Shown here piece by piece: positions 15,171 through 28,800 of a stretch of DNA of 64,000 bases. Below the pieces are notes generated by a model. The model searched no databases. It worked only from the letters and a program-made list of their open reading frames with translations, and was not told where the DNA came from. The position numbers were made by a program, and so were the translations under genes. The stretch comes from the human T2T-CHM13v2.0 reference genome, Homo sapiens. Each line of letters starts with the position of its first letter. The stretch's first letter is position 1. The stretch is taken from assembly GCF_009914755.1 (NCBI RefSeq), contig NC_060933.1. One strand, written 5' to 3'.

Positions 15171-17499
15171 AATGGAAACAACCCGAATGGAATGGAATGT
15201 AATGGAGTGTAAGGGAATTGAATACAATCAATCCGAATGTAATGGAATGGAAGGGAACGGAATGGAATGGAATGGAATGCAGTGGAATGGAATCAAACCT
15301 AGTGCAATGGAATGGAATGGAATGGAATGGAATGGAATGGAATGGAAGGGATTGGATTCAACCCAAATGGAATGGAAAGCAATGGAATCAACCCGAGTGG
15401 AATGGCATGGAATGGAATGGAATGGAATGGAATGGAATGGTACAGAATAGAATGGAATGGAACGAAATGGAATGGAATGGAATGGAATGGAACGGAATGG
15501 AATTAACGCGAATAGAATGGAATGGAATGTAATGGAACGGAATGGAATGGAATGGGATGGAATGGAATCAATCTGAGTGCAGGGGAATGGAATGGAATGG
15601 AATGCAATGGAATGGAATGGAATGGAATGGAATGCAATGGAATCAACTAGATTGCAATGGGATGGAATGGAATGGAATGGAATGGAAGGGAATGGAAAGA
15701 AATGGAATTAACCTGAACAGAATGGAATGGAATGGAATGGAACGGAATGGAAGGGAATGGAATGGAATGGAATTAACCTGAACAGAATGGAATAGAATGG
15801 AATGGAACGGAATGGAATGGAATGGAATGGAATGGAATGCAATGGAATGGGATCAACCCGAGTGCAGGGGAATGGAATGGAATGGATTGGAATAGAATGG
15901 ATTCAACCCGAATGGAATGGAAAGGAGTGGAATAAACCCGAGTGGAATGGCATGGAATGGAGTGGAATGGAATGGAATGGAATGGAATGGAATTAACCCT
16001 AATAGAATTGAATGGAATGCAATGGAATGGAATGGAATGGAATGGAATGGAAGGGAATGGAATGGAATGGAATGGAATGGAATCATTCAACCCGAGTGCA
16101 ATAGAATGCAGTGGAATGGAATGGAATGGAATGGAAAGTACCCGAATGGAATGGAATGTAATGGAGTGTAAGGGAATTAAAAAGAATCAATCCGAATGTA
16201 ATGGAATGGAATTGAAAAGAAAGGAATGCAAAGGAATGGAACGGAATGGAACGGAATGAAATGGAATGGCATAGAACGGAATGGAATCAACCCGAGCACA
16301 ATGGAATGGAATGGAATGGAATGGAATGGATTCAACCCGAATGGAATGGAAAGGAATGGAATAAACCCGAGTGAAATGGCATGGAAGGGAATGGAATGGA
16401 ATGGAATGGTACGGAGTAGAATGGAATGGAACGAAATGGGATGGAATGGAATGGAATGGAATGGAATGGAATGAACCCTTGAGCAATGGAATGGAATGGA
16501 ATGGAATGGAATGGAATGGAAGGGAATGGAATGGAATGGAATGGAAGGGAATGGAATGGGTTCAATTCGAATGGAATGGAAAGGAATGGAATCAACCCGA
16601 GTGCAATGGCATGGAATGGAATGGAATGGAATGGAATGGATTCAACCCGAATGGAATGGAAAGGAATGGAATAAACCCGAGTGGAATGGCATGGAATGGA
16701 GTGGAATGGAATGGAATGGAATGGAATGGAATGGAATGGAATTAACCCTATTAGAATGGAATGGAATGCAATGGAATGGAATGGAATGGAATTGAATGGA
16801 AGGGAATGGAATGGAATGGAATGGAATGGAATGGAATGGAATGGAATTAACACGAGTAGAATGGAATGGAATGGAATGGAATGGAATGGAATGGAATCAA
16901 CTCGATTTCAATGGAATGGAATGGAATGGAATGGAATGGAATGGAAGGGAATGGAATGAAATTAACCCGAATAGAATGGAATGGAATGGAAAGGAATGGA
17001 ATGGAATGGAATGGAATGGAATAGAATTGAATCCAACCGAGTGCAGTGGAATGGAATGCAATGGAATGGAATCATACGGAATGGAATGGAATGGAATGGA
17101 ATGAAATGGAATGGAATGCAATGGAATGGAATGGAATCAACCCAATTGCAATGGAATGGAGTGGAATGGAATGGAATGGAATGGAAACAACCCGAATGGA
17201 ATGGAATGTAATGGAGAGTAAGGGAATTGAATAGAATCAATACGAATGTAATGGAATGGAATGGAACGGAATGGAATGCAATGGAATAGAATGGAATGCA
17301 ATGGAATGGGATCAACCCGAGTGAAATGGAATGGAATCGAAAGGAATGGAATGGAATGGAATGGTTTCAACCCGAATGGAATGGAAAGGAATGGAATCAA
17401 CCCGAGTGGAATGGAATGGAATGGAATGAAATGGAATGGAATGGAATGGGTTCAACTCGAATGGAAGGGAAAAGAATGGAATCAACCCGAGTGGAATGG

Positions 17500-20400
17500 C
17501 ATGGAATGGAATGAATGGAATGGAATGGAATGGAATGGAATGGAATGGATTCAACCCGAATGGAATGGAAGGGAATGGAATAAACCCGAGTGGAATGGCA
17601 TGGAATGGAGTGGAATGGAATTGAATGGAAGGGAATGGTACGGAATAGAATGGAATGGAACGAAATGGAATGGACTGGAATGGAATGGAATGGAATGAAC
17701 CCGTGTGCAATTGAATGGAATCGAATGGAATGGAATGCAATGGAATGGATTCAACTAGAATGGAATGGAAAGGAATGGAATCAACCCGAGTGGAATGGCA
17801 TGGCATGAAATGGAATGGAATGGAATGGAAAGGATTGGTACGGAATAGAATGGAATGGAACGAAATGGAATGGAATGGAATGGAATGGAATGGAATGGAA
17901 TGGAATAGAATGGAATCCACCCGATTGCAGGGGAATGGAATGGAATGGAATGGAATGGAATGGAATGGATTCAACCCGAATGAAATGGAAAGGAATGGAA
18001 TCAACCCGAGTGGATTGGCATGGAATGGAATGGAATGGAATGGAATGGTAGGGAATAGAATGGAATGGAACGAAATGGAATGGAATGGAATGGAATGGAA
18101 TGGAATGGAATCAACCTGAGTGCAATGGAACGGAGTGGAAGGGAATGTAATGGAACGGAAACAACACGAATGGAATGGAATGTAATGGAGTGTAAGGGAA
18201 TTCAATACAATCAATCCGAATGTAATGGAATGGAATGGAACGGAATGGAATGGAATGCAATGGAATGGAATGGAATGGAATGGAATCAAACCGAGTGCAA
18301 TGGAATGGAATGGAATGGAATGGAATGGAATGGAATGGATTCAACCCGAATGGAATAGAAAGGAATGGAATAAACCCGAGTGGAATGGCATGGAATGGAA
18401 TGGAATGGAATGGAATGGTACGGAATAGAATGGAATGGAACGAAATGGAATGGAATGGAATGGAATGGAATGGAATGGAATGGAATGGAATCAACCTGAG
18501 TGCAATGGAATGGAATGGAATGGAATGGAATGGAATGGAAACAACCCGAATGGAATGGAATGTAATGGAGTGTAAGGAATTGAATACAATCAATCCGAAT
18601 GTAATGGAATGGAATGGAACGGAATGGAATGGAATGGAATGCAGTGGAATGGAATCAAACCTAGTGCAATGGAATGGAATGGAATGGAATGGAATGGAAT
18701 GGATTGGATTCAACACAAATGGAATGGAAAACAATAGAATCAACCCGAGTGGAATGGCATGGAATGGAATGGAATGGAATGGAATGGAATGGTACGGAAT
18801 AGAATGGAATGGAACGAAATGGAATGGAATGGAATGGAATGGAACGGAATGGAATGGAATCAACTCGATTGCAATGGAATGTAATGGAATGCAATGGAAT
18901 TAACGCGAATAGAATGGAATGGAATGGAATGGAACGGAATGGAATGGAATGGGATGGAATGGAATCAATCTCAGTGCTGGGGGATGGAATGGAATGGAAT
19001 GCAATGGAATGGAATGTAATGGAATGGAATGCAATGGAATGGAATGGAATGGAATGGAATGAAATGGAATGGAATGGAATGGAATGGAATGCAATGCAAT
19101 CAACTCGATTGCAATGGGATGGAATGGAATGGAATGGAATGGAATGGAAGGGAATGGAATGGAATGGAATTAACCTGAACAGAATGGAATGGAACGGAAT
19201 GGAATGGAATGGAATGGAATGGAATCAACCCGATTGCAAAGGAATGGAGTGGAATGGAATGGAATGGAATGGAAACAACCCGAATGGAATGGAATGTAAT
19301 GGAGTGTAAGGGAATTGAATAGAATCAATACGAATGTAATGGAATGGAATGGAACGGAATGGAATGCAATGGAATGGAATGCAATGCAATGGAATGGGAT
19401 CAACCCGAGTGTAATGGAATGGAATCGAAAGGAATGGAATGGAATGGAATGGTTTCAACACGAATGGAATGGAAAGGAATGGAATCATCCCGAGTGGAAT
19501 GGAATGGAATGGAATGGAATGGAATGGAATGGAATGGACCCGTGTGCAATGGAATGGAATCGAATGGAATGGAATGGAATGGAATGGATTCAAGTCGAAT
19601 GGAATGGAAAGGAATGGAATCAACCCGAATGGAATGGCATGGAATGGAATGGAATGAAATGGAATGGAATGGAATGGAATGGTACGGAATAGAACGGAAT
19701 GAAACGAAATGGAATGGAATGGAATGGAATGGAAAGGAATGGAATGGAATCAACCCGAGTGCAGGGGAATGGAATGGAATGGAAGGCAATGGAATGCAAT
19801 CATCCGGAATTGAATGGAATGGAATGGAATGGAATGGAATCAACTCGATTGCAATGGAATGTAATGGAATGGAATGCAATGGAATTAACCCTAATAGAAT
19901 GGAATGGAATGGAATGGAAGGGAATGGAATGGAATGGAATGGAATGGAATGGAATGGAATGGAATTAACCGGAATAGAATGCAATGGAATGGAATGGAAT
20001 GGAATGGAATGGAATGGAATGAAATGGAATCAACTCGATTTCACTGGAATGGAATGGAATGCAATGGAATGGAATGGAATGGAATGGAATGAAATTAACC
20101 CGAATAGAATGGAATGGAATGGAATGGAATGGAATGGAATGGAATGGAATAGAGTGGAATGGAATGGAATGGAATAGAATGGAATCCACCCGAGTGCAGG
20201 GGAATGGAATGGAATGGTATGCAATGGAATGGAATCATACGGAATGGAATGGAATTGAATGGAATGGAATCAACCCGATTGCAATGGAATGGAGTGGAAT
20301 GGAATGGAATGGAATGGAAACAACCCGAATGGAATGGAATGGAATGGAGTGTAAGGGAAGTGAATAGAATCAATACGAATGTAATGGAATGGAATGGAAC

Positions 20401-22850
20401 GGAATGGAATGCAATTGAATGGAATGGAATCCAATGGAATGGGTTCAACCCGAGTGCAATGGAATGGAATCGAAAGTAATGGAATGGAATGGAATGGATT
20501 CAACAAGAATGGAATGGAAAGGAATGGAATCAACCCGAGTGGAATGGAATTTAATGGAATGGAATGGAATGGAATGCAGTGAAATGAAATCAAACCTAGT
20601 GCAATGGAATGGAATGGAATGGAATGGAATGGAATGGAATGGATTAGATTCAACCCAAATGGAATGGAAAGCAATGGAATCAACCCGAGTGGAATGGCAT
20701 GGAATGGAATGGAATGGAATGGAATGGAAAGGTACGGAATAGAATGGAATGGAACGAAATGGAATGGAATGGAATGGAATGGAATGGAATGGAATGGAAT
20801 GGAATGGAATAGAATGGAATCCACCCGATTGCAGGGGAATGGAATGGAATGGAATGCAATGGAATGGAATGGAATGGATTCAACCCGAATGGAATGGAAA
20901 GGAAAGGAATAAACCCGAGTGAAATGGCATGGAAGGGAATGGAATGGAATGCAATGCTACGGAGTAGAATGGAATGGAACGAAATGGAATGGAATGGAAT
21001 GGAATGGAATGGAATGGAATTGGATGGAATGAACCCGTGAGCAATGGAATGGAATGGAATGGAATGGAATGGAATGGAATGGAATGGGTTCAACTCGAAT
21101 GGAATGGAAAGGAATGGAATCAACCCGAGTGGAATGGCATGGAATGGAATGGAATGGAATGGAATGGAATGGAATGGATTCAACCCGAATGGAATGGATT
21201 CAACCCGAATGGAATGGAAAGGAATGGAATAAACCCGAGTGGAATGGCATGGAATGGAGTGGAATGGAATGGAATGGAAGGGAATGGTACGGAATAGAAT
21301 GGAATGGAACGAAATGGAATGGAATGGAATGGAATGGAATGGAATGGAATGAACCCGTGTGCAATTGAATGGAATCGAATGGAATGGAATGCAATGGAAT
21401 GGATTCAACTAGAATGGAATGGAAAGGAATGGAATCAACTCGAGTGGAATGGCATGGCATGGGATGGAATGGAATGGAATGGAATGGAATGGAAAGGTAC
21501 GGAATAGAATGGAATGGAACGAAATGGAATGGAATGGAATGGAATGAATGGAATGCAATGGAATAGAATGGAATCCACCCGATTGCAGGGGAATGGAATG
21601 GAACGGAATACAATGGAATGGAATGGAATGGAATGGATTCAACCCGAATGCAATGGAAAGGAATGGAATCAACCCGAGTGGAATGGCATGGAATGGAATG
21701 GAATGGAATGGAATGGAATGGTACGGAATAGAATGGAATGGAACGAAATGGAATGGAATGGAATGGAATGGAATGGAATGGAATGGAATCAACCTGAGTG
21801 CAATGGAATGGAGTGGAATGGAATGTAATGGAACGGAAACAACCCGAATGGAATGGAATGTAATGGAGTGTAAGGGAACTGAATACAATCAATCCGAATG
21901 TAATGGAATGGAATGGAACGGAATGGAATGGAATGGAATGGAATGGAATGGAATGGAATGGAATGAAATGGAATGGCAGGGAATGGAATGGAATCAACCC
22001 GAGTGCAAAGTAATGGAATGGAATGGAATGGAATGGAATGGAATGGAATGGATTCAACCCGAATGGAATGGAAAGGAATGTAATAAACCTGAGTGGAATG
22101 GCATGGAATGGAATGGAATGGAATGGAATGGTACGGAATAGAATGGAATGGAACGAAATGGAATGGAATGGAATGGAATGGAATGGAATCAACCTGAGTG
22201 CAATGGAATGGAGTAGAATGGAAAGTAATGGAATGGAAACAACCCGAATGGAATGGAATGTAATGGAGTGTAAGGGAATTGAATACAATCAATCCGAATG
22301 TAATGGAATGGAATGGAACGGAATGGAATGGAATGGAATGCAGTGGAATGGAACCAAACCTAGTGCAATGGAATGGAATGGAATGGAATGGAATGGAATG
22401 GATTGGATTCAACCCAAATGGAATGGAAAGCAATGGAATCAACCCGAGTGGAATGGCATGGAATGGAATGGAATGGAATGGAATGGAATGGAATGGTACA
22501 GAATAAAATGGAATGGAACGAAATGGAATGGAATGGAATGGAATGGAACGGAATGGAATGGAATCAACTCGATTGCAATGGAATGGAATGGAATGGAATG
22601 GAATGGAATTAACGCGAATAGAATGGAATGGAATGTAATGGAACGGAATGGAATGGAATGGGATGGAATGGAATCAATCTGAGTGCAGGAGAATGGAATG
22701 GAATGGAATGCAATGGAATGGAATGGAATGGAATGGAATGCAATGGAATCAACTAGATTGCAATGGGATGGAATGGAATGGAATGGAATGGAAGGGAATG
22801 GAATGGAATGGAATTAACCTGAACAGAATGGAATGGAATGGAATGGAACG
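17500..22850 (-). repeat. Direct duplication of ~1.7 kb (about 17500-19200 and 21150-22850), offset ~3.65-3.7 kb
   Basis: Collinear markers GTGTGCAATTGAA (~17703/21357), TCAACTAGAA (~17751/21405), GGCATGGCATG (~17797/21450), AAACCTAGTGC (~18657/22336), TAACGCGAATAG (~18901/22610). Confidence 0.8.
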
Positions 22851-25800
22851 GAATGGAATGGAATGGAATGGAATGGAATGGAATGCAATGCAATGGGATC
22901 AACCCGAGTGCAGGGGAATGGAATGGAATGGAATGCAATGGAATGGAATCAATCAACCCGAGTGCAATAGAATGAAGTGGAATGGAATGGAATGGAATGG
23001 AAAGTACCCGAATGGAAAGGAATATAATGGAGTGTAAGGGAATTAAAAAGAATCAATCCGAATGTAATGGAATGGAATGGAACAGAATGGAATGGAATGG
23101 AATGGAATGGAATGGAATGGAATGAAATGGAATGGCATGGAATGGAATGGAATCAACCCGAGTTCAATGGATTGGAATCAAATGGAATGGAATGGAATGG
23201 AATGGATTCAACCCGAATGGAATGGAAAGGAATGGAATAAACCCGAGTGAAATGGCATGGAAGGGAATGGAATGGAATGGAATGGTAAGGAATAGAATGG
23301 AATGGAACGAAATGGAATGGAATGGAATGGAATGGAATGGAATGCAATGGAATGGAATGAACCCGTGAGCAATGGAATGGAATGGAATGGAATGGAATGG
23401 AATGGAAGGGAATGGAATGGGTTCAATTCGAATGGAATGGAAAGGAATGGAATCAACCCGAGTGCAATGGCATGGAATGGAATGGAATGGAATGGAATGG
23501 ATTCAACCCGAATGGAATGGAAAGGAATGGAATAAACCCGAGTGGAATGGCATGGAATGGAGTGGAATGGAATGGAATGGAATGGAATGGAATGGAATGG
23601 AATTAACCCTAATAGAATGGAATGGAATGCAATGGAATGGAATGGAATGGAATTGAATGGAAGGGAATGGAATGGAATGGAATGGAATGGAATTAACACG
23701 AATAGAATGGAATGGAATGGAATGGAATGGAATGGAATGGAATCAACTCGATTTCAGTGGAATGGAATGGAATGGAATGGAATGGAATGGAAGGGAATGG
23801 AATGAAATTAACCCGAATAGAATGGAATGGAATGGAATGGAATGGAATGGAATGGAATGGTATGGAATAGAATGGAATGGAACTAAATGGAATGGAATGG
23901 AATGGAATGGAATGAAATGAAATGAACCCGTGTGCAATGGAATGGAATGGAATGGAATGGAATGGATGGAATGGAAATTAATAGAACGGAATCAACACGA
24001 GTGGAATGGAATGGAAAGGACTGGAATGGAATGGAATGGAATGGAATCAACTCGATTGTAATGGAATGGAATGGAATGGAATGGAATGGAATGGAATGGA
24101 ATGGAATCAACCCGAATGCAGGGGAATGGAATGGAATGGAATGCAATGGAATGGTATCATCCGGAATGGAATGGAATGGAATGGAATGCAAAGCAATGGA
24201 ATCAACTCGATTGCAATGGAATGGAATGGAATGGAAAGGAATACATTGGAATCAACCCGACTGGAATGGAATGGAAAGGACTGGAATGGAGTGGAATGGA
24301 ATGGAATGGAATGGAATGGAATGAACTTGATTGGAATGGAATGGAATGGAATGGAATGGAATGGAATGGAATTAACCCGAATAGAATGGAATGGAATGGA
24401 ATGGAACGGAACGGAATGGAATGGAATGGAATGGAATGGAATGGAATCAACCCGACTGCAGGGGAATGGAATGGAATGGAATGCAATGCAATGGATTCAA
24501 CTTGAATGGAATGGAAAGAATGGAATCAACACGAGTGGAATGGCATGGATTGGAATGGAATGGAATGGAATCAACCCGAGTACAGGGGAATGGAATGGAA
24601 TGGAATGCAATGGAATGGAATCATCCGTAATGGAATGGAAAGGAATGGAATGGAATGGAATGGAATGGAATGGAATGGAATGGAATGGAATCAACTCGAT
24701 TGCAATCGAATGGAATGGAATGGAATTAACCCGAATAGAATGGAATGGAATGGAATGGAACGGAACGGAATGGAATGGAATGGAATGGAATGGAATGGAA
24801 TGGAATGGAATTAACACGAATACAATGCAATGGAATGGAATGGAACGGAATGGAGTGGAATGGAATGGAATCAACCCGAGTGCAGGGGAATGGAATGGAA
24901 TGGAATGCAATGGAAGGGAATCATCCGGAATGGAATGGAATGGAATGGAATGCAAAGCAATGGAATCAACTCGATTGCAATGGAATGGAATGGAATGGAA
25001 AGGAATACATTGGAATCAACCCGAGTGGAAAGGAATGGAAAGGACTGGAATGGAGTGGAATGGAATGGAATGGAATGGAATGGAATGGAATGGAATGGAA
25101 TTAACCCGAATAGAAAGGAATGGAATGGAATGGAACGGAACGGAATGGAATGGAATGGAATGGAATGGAATGGAATGGAATGGAATCAACCCGACTGCAG
25201 GGGAATGGAATGGAATGGAATGCAATGGAATGGATTCAACTTGAATGGAATGGTAAGAATGGAATCAACACGAGTGGAATGGCATGGATTGGAATGGAAT
25301 GGAATGGAATCAACCCGAGTACAGTGGAATGGAATGGAATGGAATGCAATGGAATGGAATCATCCGTAATGGAATGGAAAGGAATGGAATGGAATGGAAT
25401 GGAATGGAATGGAATGGAATCAACTCGATTGAAATCGAATGGAATGGAATGGAGTTAACCCGAATAGAATGGAATGGAATGGAATGGAACGGAACGGAAC
25501 GGAAGGGAACGGAATGGAATGGAATGGAATGGAATGGAATGGAACGGAGAGGAATGGAATGGAATGGAATGGAATGGAATGGAATCAACGCGAGTGAAGG
25601 GGAATGGAATGGAATGGAATGCAATGGAATGGAATCTTCCGGAATGGAATGGAATGGAATGGAATGGAATGGAATGGAATGGAATGGAATAAACCCGAGT
25701 GCAATGGAATGGAGTGGAATGGAATGGAATGGAATGGAACAACCCGAATGGAATGGAGTGTAATGGAGACTAAGGGAGTTGAATAGAATCTATCCGAATG

Positions 25801-28800
25801 TAATGGAATGCAATGGAACGGAATGGAAGTGAATGGAATGGAATGGAATGGAATGCAATGGAATGGAATCAACCCGAGTGCAATGGAATGGAGAGGAATG
25901 GAATGGAATGCCATGGAAACTACCCGAATGGAATGGAATGTAATGGAGTGTAAGGGAATTGAATAGAATCAATCCGAATGTAATGGAATGGAATGGAACG
26001 GAATGGAATGGAATGGAATGGAATGGAATGCAATGGAATGGAATCAACCCGAGTGCAATCGAATGGAATCGAATGGAATGGAATGCAATGGAATGGATTC
26101 AACTTGAATGGAATGGAAAGAATGGAATCAACACGAGTGGAATGGCATGGATTGGAATGGAATGGAATGGAATCAACCCGAGTACAGGGGAATGGAATGG
26201 AATTTAATGCAATGGAATGGAATCATCCGTAATGGAATGGAAAGGAATGGAATGGAATGGAATGGAATGGAATGGAATCAACACGATTGCAATCGAATGG
26301 AATGGAATGGAATTAACCCGAATAGAATGGAATGGAATGGAATGGAAGAGAACGGAATGGAATGGAATGGAATGGAATGGAATGGAACGGAACGGAACGG
26401 AACGGAACGGAACGGAACGGAAAGGAATGGAATGGAATGGAATGGAATCAACGCGAGTGCAGGGGAATGGAATGGAATGGAATGCAATGGAATGGAATCT
26501 TCCGGAATGGAATGGAATGGAATGGAATGGAATGAAATGCAATGGATTCAACTCGATTGCAATGGAATGGAATAGAATGGAATGGAATGGAATGGAATGG
26601 AATGGAATTACCCCGAATAGAATGGAATGGAATGGAATGGAACGGAACGGAACGGAACGGAATGGAATGGAATGGAATGGAATGGAATGGAATGCAATGG
26701 TATGGAATCGAATGGAATGGTACGGAATAGAATGGAATGGAAAGAATTGTAATGGAATGGAATTGAATGGAATGGAATGGAATGGAATGGAATCAACGCG
26801 AGTGCAGGGGAATGTAATGGAACGGAATGCAATGGATTGGAATCATCCGGAATGGAATGGAATGGAATTGAATGGAATGGAATGGAATCAACCCGAGTGC
26901 AATGGAATGCAGTGGAATGGAATGGAATGGAATGGAACAACCCGAATGGAATGGAATGTAATGGAGAGTAAGGGAGTTGAATAGAATCAATCCGAATGTA
27001 ATGGAATGGAATGCAACGGAGTGGAATGGAATGGAATGGAATGGAATGGAATGGAATGCAAAGGAATGGAATCAACCCGAGTGCAATGGCATGGAATGGA
27101 ATGCAATGGAATGGAAGTTAATGGAATCAACTCCAGTGGAAAGGAATGGAATGGAATGGAAAGGAATGGAATGAAATCAAGTCGAGTGGAATGGAATGGA
27201 ATGGAATGGATTGGAATAGATTGCAACGGAATGAAATGGAATGGAATGGAATGGAATCAATCATTCCGAGTAGAATGGAAGGTAATGTAATGGAGTGGAA
27301 AGAAGGGAATGGAATCAACCCGATTGGAATGCAAGGCAATGGAATGGAATGGAAAGGAATGGAATGCAATCAACTCGATTGCAATGGAATGGAACGGAAT
27401 GGAATGGAATGGAAGGTAATGGAATCAACACGAGTGCAGGGGAATGGAATGGAATGGAATGCAATGGAATGGAATCATCCGGAATGGAATGGAATGGAAT
27501 GGAATCAACTCCATTGTAATGGAATGGAATGGAATGGAATGGAATAGAATGGAATGGAATTAACCCGAATAGAACGGAATGCAATAGAATGGAATGGAAC
27601 GGAACCGAATGGAGTGGAATGGAATGGAATGGAATCAACATGAGTGCAGGGGAATGGAATGGAATGGAATGCAATGGAATGGAATCATCCGGAATGGAAT
27701 GGAATGGAATGGAATGGAATCAAACCGAGTGCAATGGAATCGTGTGAAATGGAATGGAATGGAATGGAAACAACCTGAATGGATTGGAATATAATGGAGT
27801 GCAAGGGAATTGAATAGAATCAATCTGAATGTAATGAAATGGAATGGAACGGAATGGAATGGAATGGAATGGAATCGAATGGAATGGAATGGAATGGAAT
27901 CAACCCGAGTGCAATGGAATGGATTCGAATGGAATGGAATGGAGTGGAATGGATTCAACTTGAATGGAATGGAAAGAATGGAATCAACACGAGTGGAATG
28001 GCATGGAATGGAATGGAAAGGAATGGCGTGGAATGGAATGGAATGGTTCGGAATAGAATGGATTGGAACAAAATGGAATGGAATGGAATGGAATGGAATG
28101 GAATGGAATCAACGCGATTGAAGGGGAATGTAATGGAACGGAATGCAATGGAATGGAATCATCCGGAGTGGAATGGAATGGAATGGAATGGAATGGAATG
28201 GAATCAACCCGAGTGCAATGGAATGGAGTGGAATGGAATGGAATGGAATGGAACAACCCGAATAGAATGGAATGTAATGGAGAGTAAGGGAGTTGAATAG
28301 AATCAATCCGAATGGAATGGAATGTAATTGAGAGTAAGGGAGTTGAATAGAATCAATCCGAATGTAATGGAATGGATAGGAACGGAATAGAATTGAATGG
28401 AATGGAATGGAATGCAATGGAATGGAATCAACCCGAGTACAATGGAATGAAATGGAATGGAATGGAATGGAATGGAATGGAATGGAATGGAATGGAACGG
28501 AATGGAACGGAACGGAATGGAATGGAATGGAATGGAATGGAATGGAATGGAATGGAACGGAAAGGAATGGAATGGAATGGAATGGAATGGAATGGAATCA
28601 ACGCGAGTGCAGGGCAATGGAATGGAATGGAATGCAATGGAATGGAATCTTCCGGAATGGAATGGAATGGAATGGAATGGAATGGAATGGAATCAACCCG
28701 AGTGCAATGGAAAGGAGTGGAATGGAATGGAATGGAACAGCCCGAATGGAATGGAATGTAATGGAGAGTAAGGGAGTTGAATAGAATCAATCCGAATGTA

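Larger units (their letters stand above)
1..23950. repeat. HSat3 sequence sub-family domain A (spans J1)
   Basis: Motifs seen only here: GCACTAGGTTTGATTCC, CTGTTCAGGTTAATT, CGGGTACTTTCC, GATTCTTTTTAATTCCC, GCACACGGGTTCATT, CCACTCGGGTTTATTCC. They appear as reverse complements at 15159-23950. The right boundary is approximate. Confidence 0.8.

Noticed and set aside
14917-15450. Chimeric ORFs crossing the junctions (also 49468-49980)
   Set aside because: They only mark the strand switch and show no sign of coding function.
27119-27129. DUX4-like TAATGGAATCA matches (also ~35028 and reverse copies in domain A)
   Set aside because: One substitution from the background repeat and sparse, so expected by chance.
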